Source: Minisyncoccia bacterium (GTDB lineage Bacteria; Patescibacteriota; Minisyncoccia; Phycocordibacterales; Phycocordibacteraceae). Taken from it: 36,255 nucleotides of DNA. Location: contig JBHHWQ010000001.1 in the NCBI GenBank assembly GCA_046756605.1, positions 1 to 36,255 on the forward strand, written 5' to 3'. The notes beneath the pieces are model-generated. The model worked only from the letters and a program-made list of their open reading frames with translations. It searched no databases and was not told where the DNA came from. Position numbers and translations under genes: made by a program. Shown here piece after piece: positions 1 through 8,074 of this stretch. The first letter of the stretch is position 1. The number at the start of each line of letters is the position of its first letter.

Positions 1-350
1 CGGCAAACTATCTTTTGAAGCGGTGCCGCGATGTAGCGCAACTTGACCGTTCAAAGTTAACGAAAGAAATCGCAGAGAAGGGCCTTTCTATGATTGGTGT
101 GGATGGCGTAGGACTTACGGCTTCGGACAGAAAGATTCTTGAAGTGCTAATTGATAAGTTCGGCGGCGGACCCATCGGCCTCAAAACCCTCGCCGCAGCC
201 GCGATGGAAGAAGAAGAGACCATTGAAGGAGTGTATGAACCATACCTCATGCAGGAGGGCCTTCTCGAGCGCACCCCGCGCGGCCGTGTCATCACACCGG
301 CGGCTTACACACACCTCGGAAAGAAGCACCCGCAGGAGCATCTTGTGTGA
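1..350 (+). CDS. ruvB: Holliday junction helicase RuvB, C-terminal fragment (5' end outside window)
   Basis: The frame is open from the window edge to TGA 348-350. The translation DRKILEVLIDKFGGGPIGLKTLAAAAMEEEETIEGVYEPYLMQEGLLERTPRGRVIT matches the conserved RuvB C-terminal winged-helix region. Confidence 0.9.
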   Translation, partial: ANYLLKRCRDVAQLDRSKLTKEIAEKGLSMIGVDGVGLTASDRKILEVLIDKFGGGPIGLKTLAAAAMEEEETIEGVYEPYLMQEGLLERTPRGRVITPAAYTHLGKKHPQEHLV

Positions 351-847
351 TGAATACTGCAAGAAGTGTTATCGCCATCGACCCTGGGTACGACCGCGTA
401 GGTATCGCGGTTTTTGATGAGAAAAAGGCGCTTGCGCACTCCGAATGCTTCTCGCCAGAAACAAAGGAGTTCGCAGAGCGCATTGTTGCGATAAGAAAAA
501 GGGTCCAGGAATTAATTCGTGAGTTTGAACCGACATCATGCGCGCTTGAGACGCTTTTTTTCAGTAAGAACCAGAAAACAGCCATAAAAGTGGCCGAGGC
601 GCGCGGCGCCATAATTCTTGCTGTTGCAGAGCTTGGGATTCCGGTTTATGAATATTCGCCGCAGGATGTAAAGATCGCCGTCACTGGGAGCGGGAATGCA
701 GACAAGGCGGGTGTTACAAAAATGGTCACACGGCTTGTGCCGCTCGGCGGCACTAAGCGGCTTGACGATGAGCTGGACGCCATTGCGCTTGGCATGGCCC
801 ACCAGGCCGCTTTCCTGTTATCCACAGATATATCCACACAGCGGTAA
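347..847 (+). CDS. ruvC: Crossover junction endodeoxyribonuclease RuvC
   Basis: 166 aa. N-terminal IAIDPGYDRVGIAV and C-terminal DELDAIALG are catalytic acidic motifs typical of RuvC. The ATG overlaps the ruvB stop (ATGA). Confidence 0.9.
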   Translation: MMNTARSVIAIDPGYDRVGIAVFDEKKALAHSECFSPETKEFAERIVAIRKRVQELIREFEPTSCALETLFFSKNQKTAIKVAEARGAIILAVAELGIPVYEYSPQDVKIAVTGSGNADKAGVTKMVTRLVPLGGTKRLDDELDAIALGMAHQAAFLLSTDISTQR

Positions 848-881
848 TAGGGGGCTTGCCAAGTGTGGTGGTTTTGGATAA
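818..881. promoter_or_regulatory. Cluster of DnaA-box-like 9-mers
   Basis: TTATCCACA (818-826) is a perfect consensus. ATATCCACA (830-838) and TTTGGATAA (873-881, vs TGTGGATAA) each have one mismatch. The cluster lies in the ruvC 3' end and the spacer after it. Confidence 0.3.
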
Positions 882-1078
882 AAATATTGCGTCTCAAAAG
901 CACAGGTCTTTGGGAGACACACTATCAGCTAACGCATATGCATATGCAGACGCAAACAGATATCGACCTCGACATCCGTCTTGAAAACGATGACGACATC
1001 GATGAAGAGACGGGCAACGATGACGGGGACGACGCAGACATGGATGATGACGATAACGGAGAGGGTGATTGGAGTTAG
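863..1078 (+). CDS. Hypothetical small, extremely acidic protein (possibly starting at internal ATG 938)
   Basis: The ORF ends 15 nt before a strong terminator. The C-terminal 47 aa (MHMQTQTDIDLDIRLENDDDIDEETGNDDGDDADMDDDDNGEGDWS) are about half D/E. No homolog recognised and no clear SD. Confidence 0.25.
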   Translation: MWWFWIKILRLKSTGLWETHYQLTHMHMQTQTDIDLDIRLENDDDIDEETGNDDGDDADMDDDDNGEGDWS

Positions 1079-1092
1079 TTTCCTCTCTGTAT

Positions 1093-1122
1093 AAAAAAAC
1101 CGCAGCGCGCTGCGGTTTTTTT
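1093..1122. terminator. Bidirectional Rho-independent terminator between the acidic ORF/ruvC and tyrS
   Basis: aaaaaaa-ccgcagcgcgctgcgg-ttttttt: a GC palindrome (1100-1115) flanked by an A-tract and a T-tract, lying between convergent genes. Confidence 0.8.
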
Positions 1123-2311
1123 ATTTAACCACCCTTACGAAACGGTGTTTGCCAATCTTGTAGATGCCGGGCTTCATTTCGGCATTAAAATCACGCACCT
1201 TCTCGTTGGTGTCGACGTATGTGATAGCGCCCTGCCCTACAAGCCGGCGAAGTTCGCTATTTGATGAAACGACTTCGTTTCGGACCAATACATCAAGGGT
1301 GGTGGAGAGTCCACCTTTGGATACGGTTTGAATATGTTCGGGCACGCCGCCCTTGCTGAAGATCTCAATAAATCCTTCTTTCGCTTTGCGGGCCGCGCGC
1401 TTGCCGTGGTACATACGCACCAACTCCTCGGCGAGCGCAAGCTTCGCTTCTTTCGGGTGTCCGGCCACATACTCCTCCACCTGCTCGAGCGGGACACGCG
1501 TAAGTACTTGGAAGTACTTCTCTACCAAATCATCCGTGATACTCATTACTTTCCCGAACATCTCGTTGGGTGTTTCCGTAAACGCGATGGTGTTGCCCCA
1601 GCTTGAGCTCATCTTCCGCCCGTCGAGTCCCTCAATCGGAAACTGTGTCGTAACGATTCCCTGCGGAGTTTGCTTGTAGTGCGCTTGGAGCGTCCTACCT
1701 GCGAGTAAGTTAAAACGCTGGTCCACGCCGCCGATTTCGATGTCGGCCTTTACGGCAACTGAGTCATACCCCTGCATCAGTGGATAGAGTGTTTCGCGAA
1801 GCGACACCCGCGTTCCCTCGGCGAGGCGGCGGCTGATATTGTCCCTCGCGATGAACTCAGCGACCGAGAACTCATTCGCCATCTCCCCGAGTTCGGCAAA
1901 GGAGAGTGAGTCGAGCCAGTTGGAATTATAGCGCCTCTCAAAGCCGCCCTCTAGGATGGTTGCGGCTTGGGCGAAATAGGTCTCGGCGTTTTTCTTTACC
2001 GCCACTCTAGAGAGCATCGGCCGCTCGCTCTTTTTGTCGCTAGTGTCACCAACGACGCCGGTTGCGTCGCCCACGATAAGGATTGCTTGGTGCCCCAAGT
2101 CCTGAAAGTCCTTGAGTTTCAAAAGTGGCACTGACCTGCCTAGGTGAAGGTTGGGCGACGTCGGGTCGATGCCGAGCTTTACGCGCAGGCGACGACCGCT
2201 CATAAGGAGTTTTTTTATTTCCTCCTTTCCAGGAATAACCTCATCGACAGCACGAGAGAGGAGCATATCTATTTTCGCTTCGTCGGTAACGACTTTCGGG
2301 GCGCCAAACAT
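1121..2311 (-). CDS. tyrS: Tyrosine--tRNA ligase
   Basis: 396 aa class I aaRS with a HIGH-like motif (PNLHLGR), a KMSKS-like motif (KMSSSWGN) and a C-terminal S4-like domain (SNSELRRLVGQGAI), as in bacterial TyrRS. Confidence 0.9.
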   Translation of the reverse strand: MFGAPKVVTDEAKIDMLLSRAVDEVIPGKEEIKKLLMSGRRLRVKLGIDPTSPNLHLGRSVPLLKLKDFQDLGHQAILIVGDATGVVGDTSDKKSERPMLSRVAVKKNAETYFAQAATILEGGFERRYNSNWLDSLSFAELGEMANEFSVAEFIARDNISRRLAEGTRVSLRETLYPLMQGYDSVAVKADIEIGGVDQRFNLLAGRTLQAHYKQTPQGIVTTQFPIEGLDGRKMSSSWGNTIAFTETPNEMFGKVMSITDDLVEKYFQVLTRVPLEQVEEYVAGHPKEAKLALAEELVRMYHGKRAARKAKEGFIEIFSKGGVPEHIQTVSKGGLSTTLDVLVRNEVVSSNSELRRLVGQGAITYVDTNEKVRDFNAEMKPGIYKIGKHRFVRVVK

Positions 2312-2336
2312 ATCTCCCTTATGCTAGCATGGCGCT

Positions 2337-4478
2337 ATGTTCGGCCCTAGGTTTCGTGGTGTGTTCGTTGGGCTCGTCTCCATTGGATTCTTCGTGGGGG
2401 GTGCGGTCTTCATATGGGCCGCGACGTTTAAGATTCCTGACATCGAATCCCTCCAGAGCCGGAAGGTTGCGCAATCGACAAAAATATACGACCGCACCGG
2501 CGAGGTCCTGCTCTACGACCTTCATGAAGATGTCGACCGCACGGTGGTGCCAATAGCCGACATATCACTCAACATCAGGAACGCCACAGTCGCCATCGAG
2601 GACTCCACCTTCTACGAACACAACGGTATACGCCCTATCGCGACCTTGCGCGCCGTCTTCCTACAGCCGCTTCGCGGCAGGGGTGTGCAAGGTGGTTCTA
2701 CCATCACCCAGCAGGTCGTGAAAAACTCGGTTCTAACTTCAAAACGTCTTGTTTCGCGAAAAATTATCGAGTGGGTGGTGGCGCTCCGTCTTGAGAGTGT
2801 GCTCTCTAAGGACGACATCCTTGAGCTCTATCTTAACGAATCGCCTTACGGCGGAACCATTTATGGTGTAGAGGAAGCGGCGCAGTCGTTCTTCGGGAAG
2901 AGTGCGAGCGACGTGACGCTCGTGGAGGCCGCGTACCTGGCGGCGCTTCCCCAGGCCCCAACCTATTACTCTCCCTACGGCAACAATCGTGAGGACCTTG
3001 AGGAGAGAAAAAACCTCGTCCTTTCGCGTATGCGCGAACTCGGTTTCATAACGGAAGAAGAGTATGCAACAGCTATGGGGGAAGAAGTGAAATTCAAGAC
3101 ACAGGTCATCTCTGGCATCCGTGCGCCGCATTTCGTTTTCTATGTGCGCGAACAGCTCGAACGTGAATTCGGCAGACGCACGCTTGAGGAGAGTGGTTGG
3201 AAGGTGGTAACCACCATCGACATGGAACTCCAAGAGGCCGCGGAGGCGACTGTGGCAAACCACGCGGAAACGAATGAAAAAAACTTCCGTGCCTCGAATG
3301 CCGCGATGGTGGCGACTGATCCAAAGACCGGCGACATCCTTGCCATGGTTGGTTCACGCGACTATTTCGATGACGAAATCGATGGAAACTATAACGTCGC
3401 GACCGCCAAACCCGGACGCCAGCCGGGCTCTGCCTTCAAACCGTTCGTATATGCTGCAGCATTCGACCGTGGCCTATCCCCCAACACTGTTCTTTTTGAT
3501 GTAAAAACACAGTTCTCTACCGCATGCCGCCCGGACGATTTGTCCGAAGAAGCGCCTTGCTACTCACCGAACAACTACGATGAGGTGTTCAAGGGGCCGG
3601 TAACCTTGCGGAGCGCTCTGGCGGAATCGCGGAACGTTCCGGCGGTGAAGCTTTTATATTTGGTTGGTCTCTCGGACGCGCTCCGGACTGCACGCGCGAT
3701 GGGTATCACGACCTTGGAGAACGAGGCGCGCTATGGGCTCACGCTTGTCCTCGGCGGCGGTGAGGTGACGCCGCTCGAAATGACAGCGGCGTACGGAGTG
3801 TTTGCGGCTGAAGGTATGAAGCGCGACACACGTTCAATCCTCAAAGTTGAGGACCGGAACGGAAATGAAGTGCGTACGTATCCGGTTAGGGAAAATCGTG
3901 TATTGAAAGAGAGTGTCGCGCTTGCGGTGTCTGACGTCCTTTCGGACAATGAAGCGCGAACGCCCGAATTCGGCGCAAACTCGCCGCTTTACTTCCCAGG
4001 CCAACACGTTGCGGCAAAAACCGGTACGACAAACGACTCACGTGACGCTTGGATTATTGGATACACACCAAACATCGCGGTTGGCGCGTGGGTTGGAAAC
4101 AACGACAACTCTGAGATGGTAAAAGAAATAGCTGGATTCATCGTGGCACCTATGTGGCATGAGTTTATGGAGTTCGCACTCGCGAAATATCCTAATGACC
4201 CATTTCCTGAAGCCAAGACGACGACAGTGGTTGACGCAAAACCGATTCTTAATGGCATTTGGGAAGGGGTGGATATACAAGAAGATCCGTCTGGAGTGCT
4301 CCGCATTACCGCCGACATTCATTCAATACTCAACTGGATAGACAAACGCGACCCACATGGCCCGCGTCCGGAAGACCCGGCTCAGGACCCGCAATTCGCG
4401 TACTGGGAACTGGCGGTTGAACAATGGAAAATGGAAAATAATTACCGGGACGGTATGGTTCTATTCCGTAATCCGTAA
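2337..4478 (+). CDS. Class A penicillin-binding protein (bifunctional glycosyltransferase/transpeptidase, PBP1A family)
   Basis: 713 aa with an N-terminal TM. GT51 motifs EDSTFYEHNG and GGSTITQQ are present, as are the transpeptidase motifs SAFK (SxxK), SRN (SxN) and KTGTT (KTG). Confidence 0.9.
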   Translation: MFGPRFRGVFVGLVSIGFFVGGAVFIWAATFKIPDIESLQSRKVAQSTKIYDRTGEVLLYDLHEDVDRTVVPIADISLNIRNATVAIEDSTFYEHNGIRPIATLRAVFLQPLRGRGVQGGSTITQQVVKNSVLTSKRLVSRKIIEWVVALRLESVLSKDDILELYLNESPYGGTIYGVEEAAQSFFGKSASDVTLVEAAYLAALPQAPTYYSPYGNNREDLEERKNLVLSRMRELGFITEEEYATAMGEEVKFKTQVISGIRAPHFVFYVREQLEREFGRRTLEESGWKVVTTIDMELQEAAEATVANHAETNEKNFRASNAAMVATDPKTGDILAMVGSRDYFDDEIDGNYNVATAKPGRQPGSAFKPFVYAAAFDRGLSPNTVLFDVKTQFSTACRPDDLSEEAPCYSPNNYDEVFKGPVTLRSALAESRNVPAVKLLYLVGLSDALRTARAMGITTLENEARYGLTLVLGGGEVTPLEMTAAYGVFAAEGMKRDTRSILKVEDRNGNEVRTYPVRENRVLKESVALAVSDVLSDNEARTPEFGANSPLYFPGQHVAAKTGTTNDSRDAWIIGYTPNIAVGAWVGNNDNSEMVKEIAGFIVAPMWHEFMEFALAKYPNDPFPEAKTTTVVDAKPILNGIWEGVDIQEDPSGVLRITADIHSILNWIDKRDPHGPRPEDPAQDPQFAYWELAVEQWKMENNYRDGMVLFRNP

Positions 4479-4483
4479 CGATA

Positions 4484-4747
4484 TTACCGGACGTCACGCA
4501 CCGTGTCACGCGCTCGCGGAAAGCGGTCAAAAAGGTTTTTTAAAACTACAGAACGATTTATCTGAATCATATTCTTTGCGACTGAAGATGTTTTTATATA
4601 CGCAATGCCGTTTGCGATTGAAATACGGTCTGGTGTGCAGTGTATATCAAGTGTTTCCTCAAGCGCTAACATAAGTGCACGTTTTAGTGTATCGTCGGGT
4701 GGTTTAATATTCTTAAATTTTGAAAGAAAATCTCCAACAAGTTTCAT
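4484..4747 (-). CDS. Hypothetical small protein, DUF721/DciA-like by position and C-terminal pattern
   Basis: 87 aa, 16 nt downstream of dnaN, which is the position DUF721 genes often occupy. The C-terminal pattern NGIAYIKTSSVAKNMIQINRSVVLKNL...VRDVR loosely fits DUF721. The family call is weak. Confidence 0.4.
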   Translation of the reverse strand: MKLVGDFLSKFKNIKPPDDTLKRALMLALEETLDIHCTPDRISIANGIAYIKTSSVAKNMIQINRSVVLKNLFDRFPRARDTVRDVR

Positions 4748-4763
4748 AGCACTTAAATATAAC

Positions 4764-5864
4764 TTAACGGTTCATTGGCATGAGAAGGTATGTGAATCCT
4801 TTGTTGGGAGTTTCATGTATGACCAGCGGTTTACCGGGGCCTGAAAATTGCAATGTAACGCTGTCGGTGGAAATAATGTTGAGAGCATCAATAATATAGC
4901 GCGCATTAAAACGCATGGCTATATTCTCGCCGTCGATAGTACTTTCAATGGATTCATGTGTTGTGCCAACAGGAGCGCTTGATGCTGTAAGTGTAAATGT
5001 TCTTTTCTTGGTATCAATATTAAAATCTACCTGCCCGCTCTGATCGGTAACAACAGTAACCTTGCGGAGTGCTTGCGATAGATCTTCCAAAAGTACTGTT
5101 GCGGATGTTGTGTGTTTTTTTGGGATAATGGCGTGATATTCAGGGAATGCTCCATCAATAAGGCGTGAAGTAATGAAATTTCCACCGGCAATATATGTTG
5201 CTTGGTTGTCATCAACTCTAATTTCGACAGTATCGGTCGGGTCGATGGTGCGAATAATATCAGGAATGTTCCGTGCTGGAACGAGTATTGGATCGAATGA
5301 TTCTTTTGTCTTTAAGGAAGTTGTCATTTCAGCGAGGCGGAATGAGTCAGTTGCGGCTGTAGTCAATGTACCGTCTGACATACTAATAAAGACCGCTGCG
5401 AGTTCAGGGCGCATTCCAGAATTAGCCGCAGAAAACACCACACTCTTAAGTGATCGTATAAACTCTTTTGATGGAATTGATACAGAAACTCCAACACCCT
5501 TTTTAATATAGGGAAGTGATGGAAATTCTGATGCATCAACGGTCTTTAGATTTGTTTCCCCATGTTTTGTTTTTAAGTTAAGCATGTTTCCGTCAGTACT
5601 GATGTGTATTTTTTCATCAATTATTGCGTTGACTGCTTGTAAAAATACTTGAGCTGGAATTGCCACAACACCACCATCATTAATTTTTGACTTTAATTGA
5701 ACTTCGATACTAACATCAAGATTAGTTGCACGAAGCGACGCGCCATTTGTTGTTGCTGAGATAAGAATGCATCCAAGGACTGGGAGTGAGAGATTTTTAT
5801 TACTTACCCGCGAAACCATTTGTACTGCTTCTTCAAGATGTTTTTTTAGAACTTCTATTTTCAT
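4764..5864 (-). CDS. dnaN: DNA polymerase III beta sliding clamp
   Basis: 366 aa, directly downstream of dnaA. The N-terminus MKIEVLKKHLEEAVQMVSRVSNKNLSLPVLGCILI and three-domain length are typical of DnaN. Confidence 0.95.
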   Translation of the reverse strand: MKIEVLKKHLEEAVQMVSRVSNKNLSLPVLGCILISATTNGASLRATNLDVSIEVQLKSKINDGGVVAIPAQVFLQAVNAIIDEKIHISTDGNMLNLKTKHGETNLKTVDASEFPSLPYIKKGVGVSVSIPSKEFIRSLKSVVFSAANSGMRPELAAVFISMSDGTLTTAATDSFRLAEMTTSLKTKESFDPILVPARNIPDIIRTIDPTDTVEIRVDDNQATYIAGGNFITSRLIDGAFPEYHAIIPKKHTTSATVLLEDLSQALRKVTVVTDQSGQVDFNIDTKKRTFTLTASSAPVGTTHESIESTIDGENIAMRFNARYIIDALNIISTDSVTLQFSGPGKPLVIHETPNKGFTYLLMPMNR

Positions 5865-6078
5865 ATATATAAAACTTCTTTATTTTTATACTCTGTGAAG
5901 TACGTGGAAAACTTTTAACACCTTTAATATGAAAGAGAAAAAAGAAATAATACTGTATACAACGTCGTGTAGAACTACTGTGTTTTGTGTTTGTAACATC
6001 ATATATTTTTTATCCACCATTCGTTCCACAGAACAACCTTCAGATTTTTCACAATACTTATACATATACATTCCACAA
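5865..6078. other. AT-rich dnaA-dnaN spacer, candidate oriC / DNA-unwinding region
   Basis: This is the lowest-GC stretch in the window by eye. It holds TTATCCACC (6010-6018, 1 mismatch) and weaker TCCACA-core boxes at 6022-6030, 6069-6077 and 5903-5911 (complement). Confidence 0.4.
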
Positions 6079-7425
6079 TTATTTCAACATACCACGCACT
6101 TCACTCACCTCACTCTTAAAATCATCATTTTGTGAAAGGTCGGTTTTTATCTTCTCACATGCATGAATAACGGTTGTATGATCTCGTCCGCCAAACACTG
6201 AACCAATTGCCGGATATGAAAGATGAAAATCTTCCCGTAGAATATACATAATAATCTGCCGTGGACGCACAATCTCACGCTTCCGCGTCTTAGCGTACAT
6301 CGACGCCTCATCAACACCGTAAAACTCAGCAACTTTTGCAATAATATTTTTAACCGAGACCGACCGCTTTGGTTTTGTTGTTGATTTAATTATTTCCCGC
6401 ACAACTTCATCGTTCAGCGCCCCCTTTAATTGTTGTTGGATGAGAATTGTATTCAACATTCCTTCTATTTCCCGTATATTTCCAGGAATAGTGAGTGAGA
6501 GTTGTTCAATAATACTATCCGAAAGGTCAAGTCCTACAGATACCGCCTTCTTCTTTATAATTGCCATCCTTGACTCATGGTCCGGCTCTTGGATAGCAAC
6601 CGTCATCCCCGATATAAACCTCGATTGAAGACGGTCGGTCAAATCAGGTATTAGGTTCGGATGCCGGTCGGAAGAACAAACAATCTGACGGTTCGCGTCA
6701 TGTAGTGTATTGAAAAGATGGAAAAATTCCTCCTGTAAGGTGCCTTTTTTTGAGAAAAACTGTATGTCGTCAACAATAAGGATGTCGTACGCTCGGTATT
6801 TTTCCTTAAATGTCGGGATAGTCCGGTTGTTTATCGCATTCATAAACTCAAACCCAAACCTCTCTGCGGTGAGATAATACACTTTTTTATGTGCAGATGT
6901 CTTTCTAATATGATTTCCAACACCCTGTATAAGATGGGTCTTTCCGCGGCCAGTTTCTCCGTACACAAAAAGTGGGTTGTACGCAATACCAGGATTTTTC
7001 GTTACAGCATTTGCGGCGGTGAACGCGAACTCATTAAACGCACCAACGACGAATGTGTCGAATGTATAACGCGGGTTTAGATTGTCTGAGCGATTCACAT
7101 AGTATTCAGCAAGCGGCAGTTCCGCACCTCTTTCGTCCGCTGAGACAACCTTCTCCGGTGTCTTCTTCGGCTCTTGTTTGGATACAATATATTCAACCCC
7201 CCGCACAGTGTCTACAAACCCACGCACGGTCTTTAGTATTAGTTTCCCGAACCGCTCCGAAAGCCACTCCTTGGTGAGTTGGTTAGGAACTCCGACATAC
7301 ACCACCCCCCCATCAATCTTGAGCACGTGGGTCTCTCCGAACCACATCTTGAAACTCGCGGGGGAAATGGAGAGCTCTATATTGGTAAGTGTGTTCTCCC
7401 AGAGTTGTTTCGTGTCGAGTTCCAT
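6079..7425 (-). CDS. dnaA: Chromosomal replication initiator DnaA
   Basis: 448 aa with AAA+ Walker A GETGRGKTHL, Walker B ILIVDDIQF and the C-terminal DNA-binding domain (PRQIIMYILRE...SYPAIGSVFGGRDHTTVIHA). Confidence 0.95.
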   Translation of the reverse strand: MELDTKQLWENTLTNIELSISPASFKMWFGETHVLKIDGGVVYVGVPNQLTKEWLSERFGKLILKTVRGFVDTVRGVEYIVSKQEPKKTPEKVVSADERGAELPLAEYYVNRSDNLNPRYTFDTFVVGAFNEFAFTAANAVTKNPGIAYNPLFVYGETGRGKTHLIQGVGNHIRKTSAHKKVYYLTAERFGFEFMNAINNRTIPTFKEKYRAYDILIVDDIQFFSKKGTLQEEFFHLFNTLHDANRQIVCSSDRHPNLIPDLTDRLQSRFISGMTVAIQEPDHESRMAIIKKKAVSVGLDLSDSIIEQLSLTIPGNIREIEGMLNTILIQQQLKGALNDEVVREIIKSTTKPKRSVSVKNIIAKVAEFYGVDEASMYAKTRKREIVRPRQIIMYILREDFHLSYPAIGSVFGGRDHTTVIHACEKIKTDLSQNDDFKSEVSEVRGMLK

Positions 7426-7586
7426 GGGTTCGCGTTTGAGATGTCATTATACTCTTGTGGAAAAACAAATGAAACTTGCGAAGAAACCGTACACATGTTA
7501 GTAAGTTGTGAACAACCTGTGGATACTCTAAAAGTGGTGTAAACAGTAATAATGAGCTAGAATCAGCGGGACTACGGACAAAAACA
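7426..7586. promoter_or_regulatory. Divergent dnaA / rpmH promoter region with DnaA-box-like sites
   Basis: TGTGGAAAA (7456-7464, 1 mismatch), TGTGAACAA (7507-7515, 2 mismatches) and TGTGGATAC (7518-7526, 1 mismatch), all compared with TGTGGATAA. Confidence 0.4.
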
Positions 7587-7724
7587 ATGCCTAAGAGAAC
7601 CTACCAACCAAAAAAGAGAAAACGAGCAAAGACACACGGCTTTCTTTCACGCTCGAAGACACCCACTGGAAAGAGGGTTTTGATGAAGCGGCGCCAGAAA
7701 GGACGCGCTAAATTGTCGGTCTGA
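7587..7724 (+). CDS. rpmH: 50S ribosomal protein L34
   Basis: Not in the ORF track because it is under 60 aa. Hand translation gives [45 protein letters not shown] (45 aa), the canonical L34 sequence, in the canonical rpmH-rnpA position. Confidence 0.9.
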   Translation: MPKRTYQPKKRKRAKTHGFLSRSKTPTGKRVLMKRRQKGRAKLSV

Positions 7725-7735
7725 GCTAGAAGAGA

Positions 7736-8050
7736 ATGTTAAAAAAAACAAACCGCCTTTCTAGAACCACCTTTCCCAGAAAGCGGCCTGACGCGAAACA
7801 CTCGTTTTCGTGGGGTAGGGCGTCGTTCCATAACGCACCACGCTTCGGCGCATCGATTGTTGTGTCGAAAAAAGTCGCCAGATTCGCCCATGAGCGCAAC
7901 CGCCTGCGGCGACGGCTGTACGCCGCCGCCGAGGCGGCATACACAGGCACCTCCCTACCGAAGGTACACATTGTGGTGTTTCCGCGCTTTGAAGCATTGT
8001 CAGCTCCATTCACAAAGCTCGTCAATGACCTCAAAGGAGCGCTCTCTTAA
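7736..8050 (+). CDS. rnpA: Ribonuclease P protein component
   Basis: 104 aa, basic, with the RNR motif region (AHERNRLRRRLY). It sits directly after rpmH. Confidence 0.85.
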   Translation: MLKKTNRLSRTTFPRKRPDAKHSFSWGRASFHNAPRFGASIVVSKKVARFAHERNRLRRRLYAAAEAAYTGTSLPKVHIVVFPRFEALSAPFTKLVNDLKGALS

Positions 8051-8074
8051 AAGGTTTGCTACTATAGGGCGGAC

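Noticed and set aside
4484-7586. The low-GC replication module as a simple chimeric misassembly.
   Set aside because: This is not fully rejected. A chimera would normally produce a single composition junction. Here there are two, both at gene boundaries, and the canonical rpmH-dnaA-dnaN order is intact. Read-pair evidence is needed.
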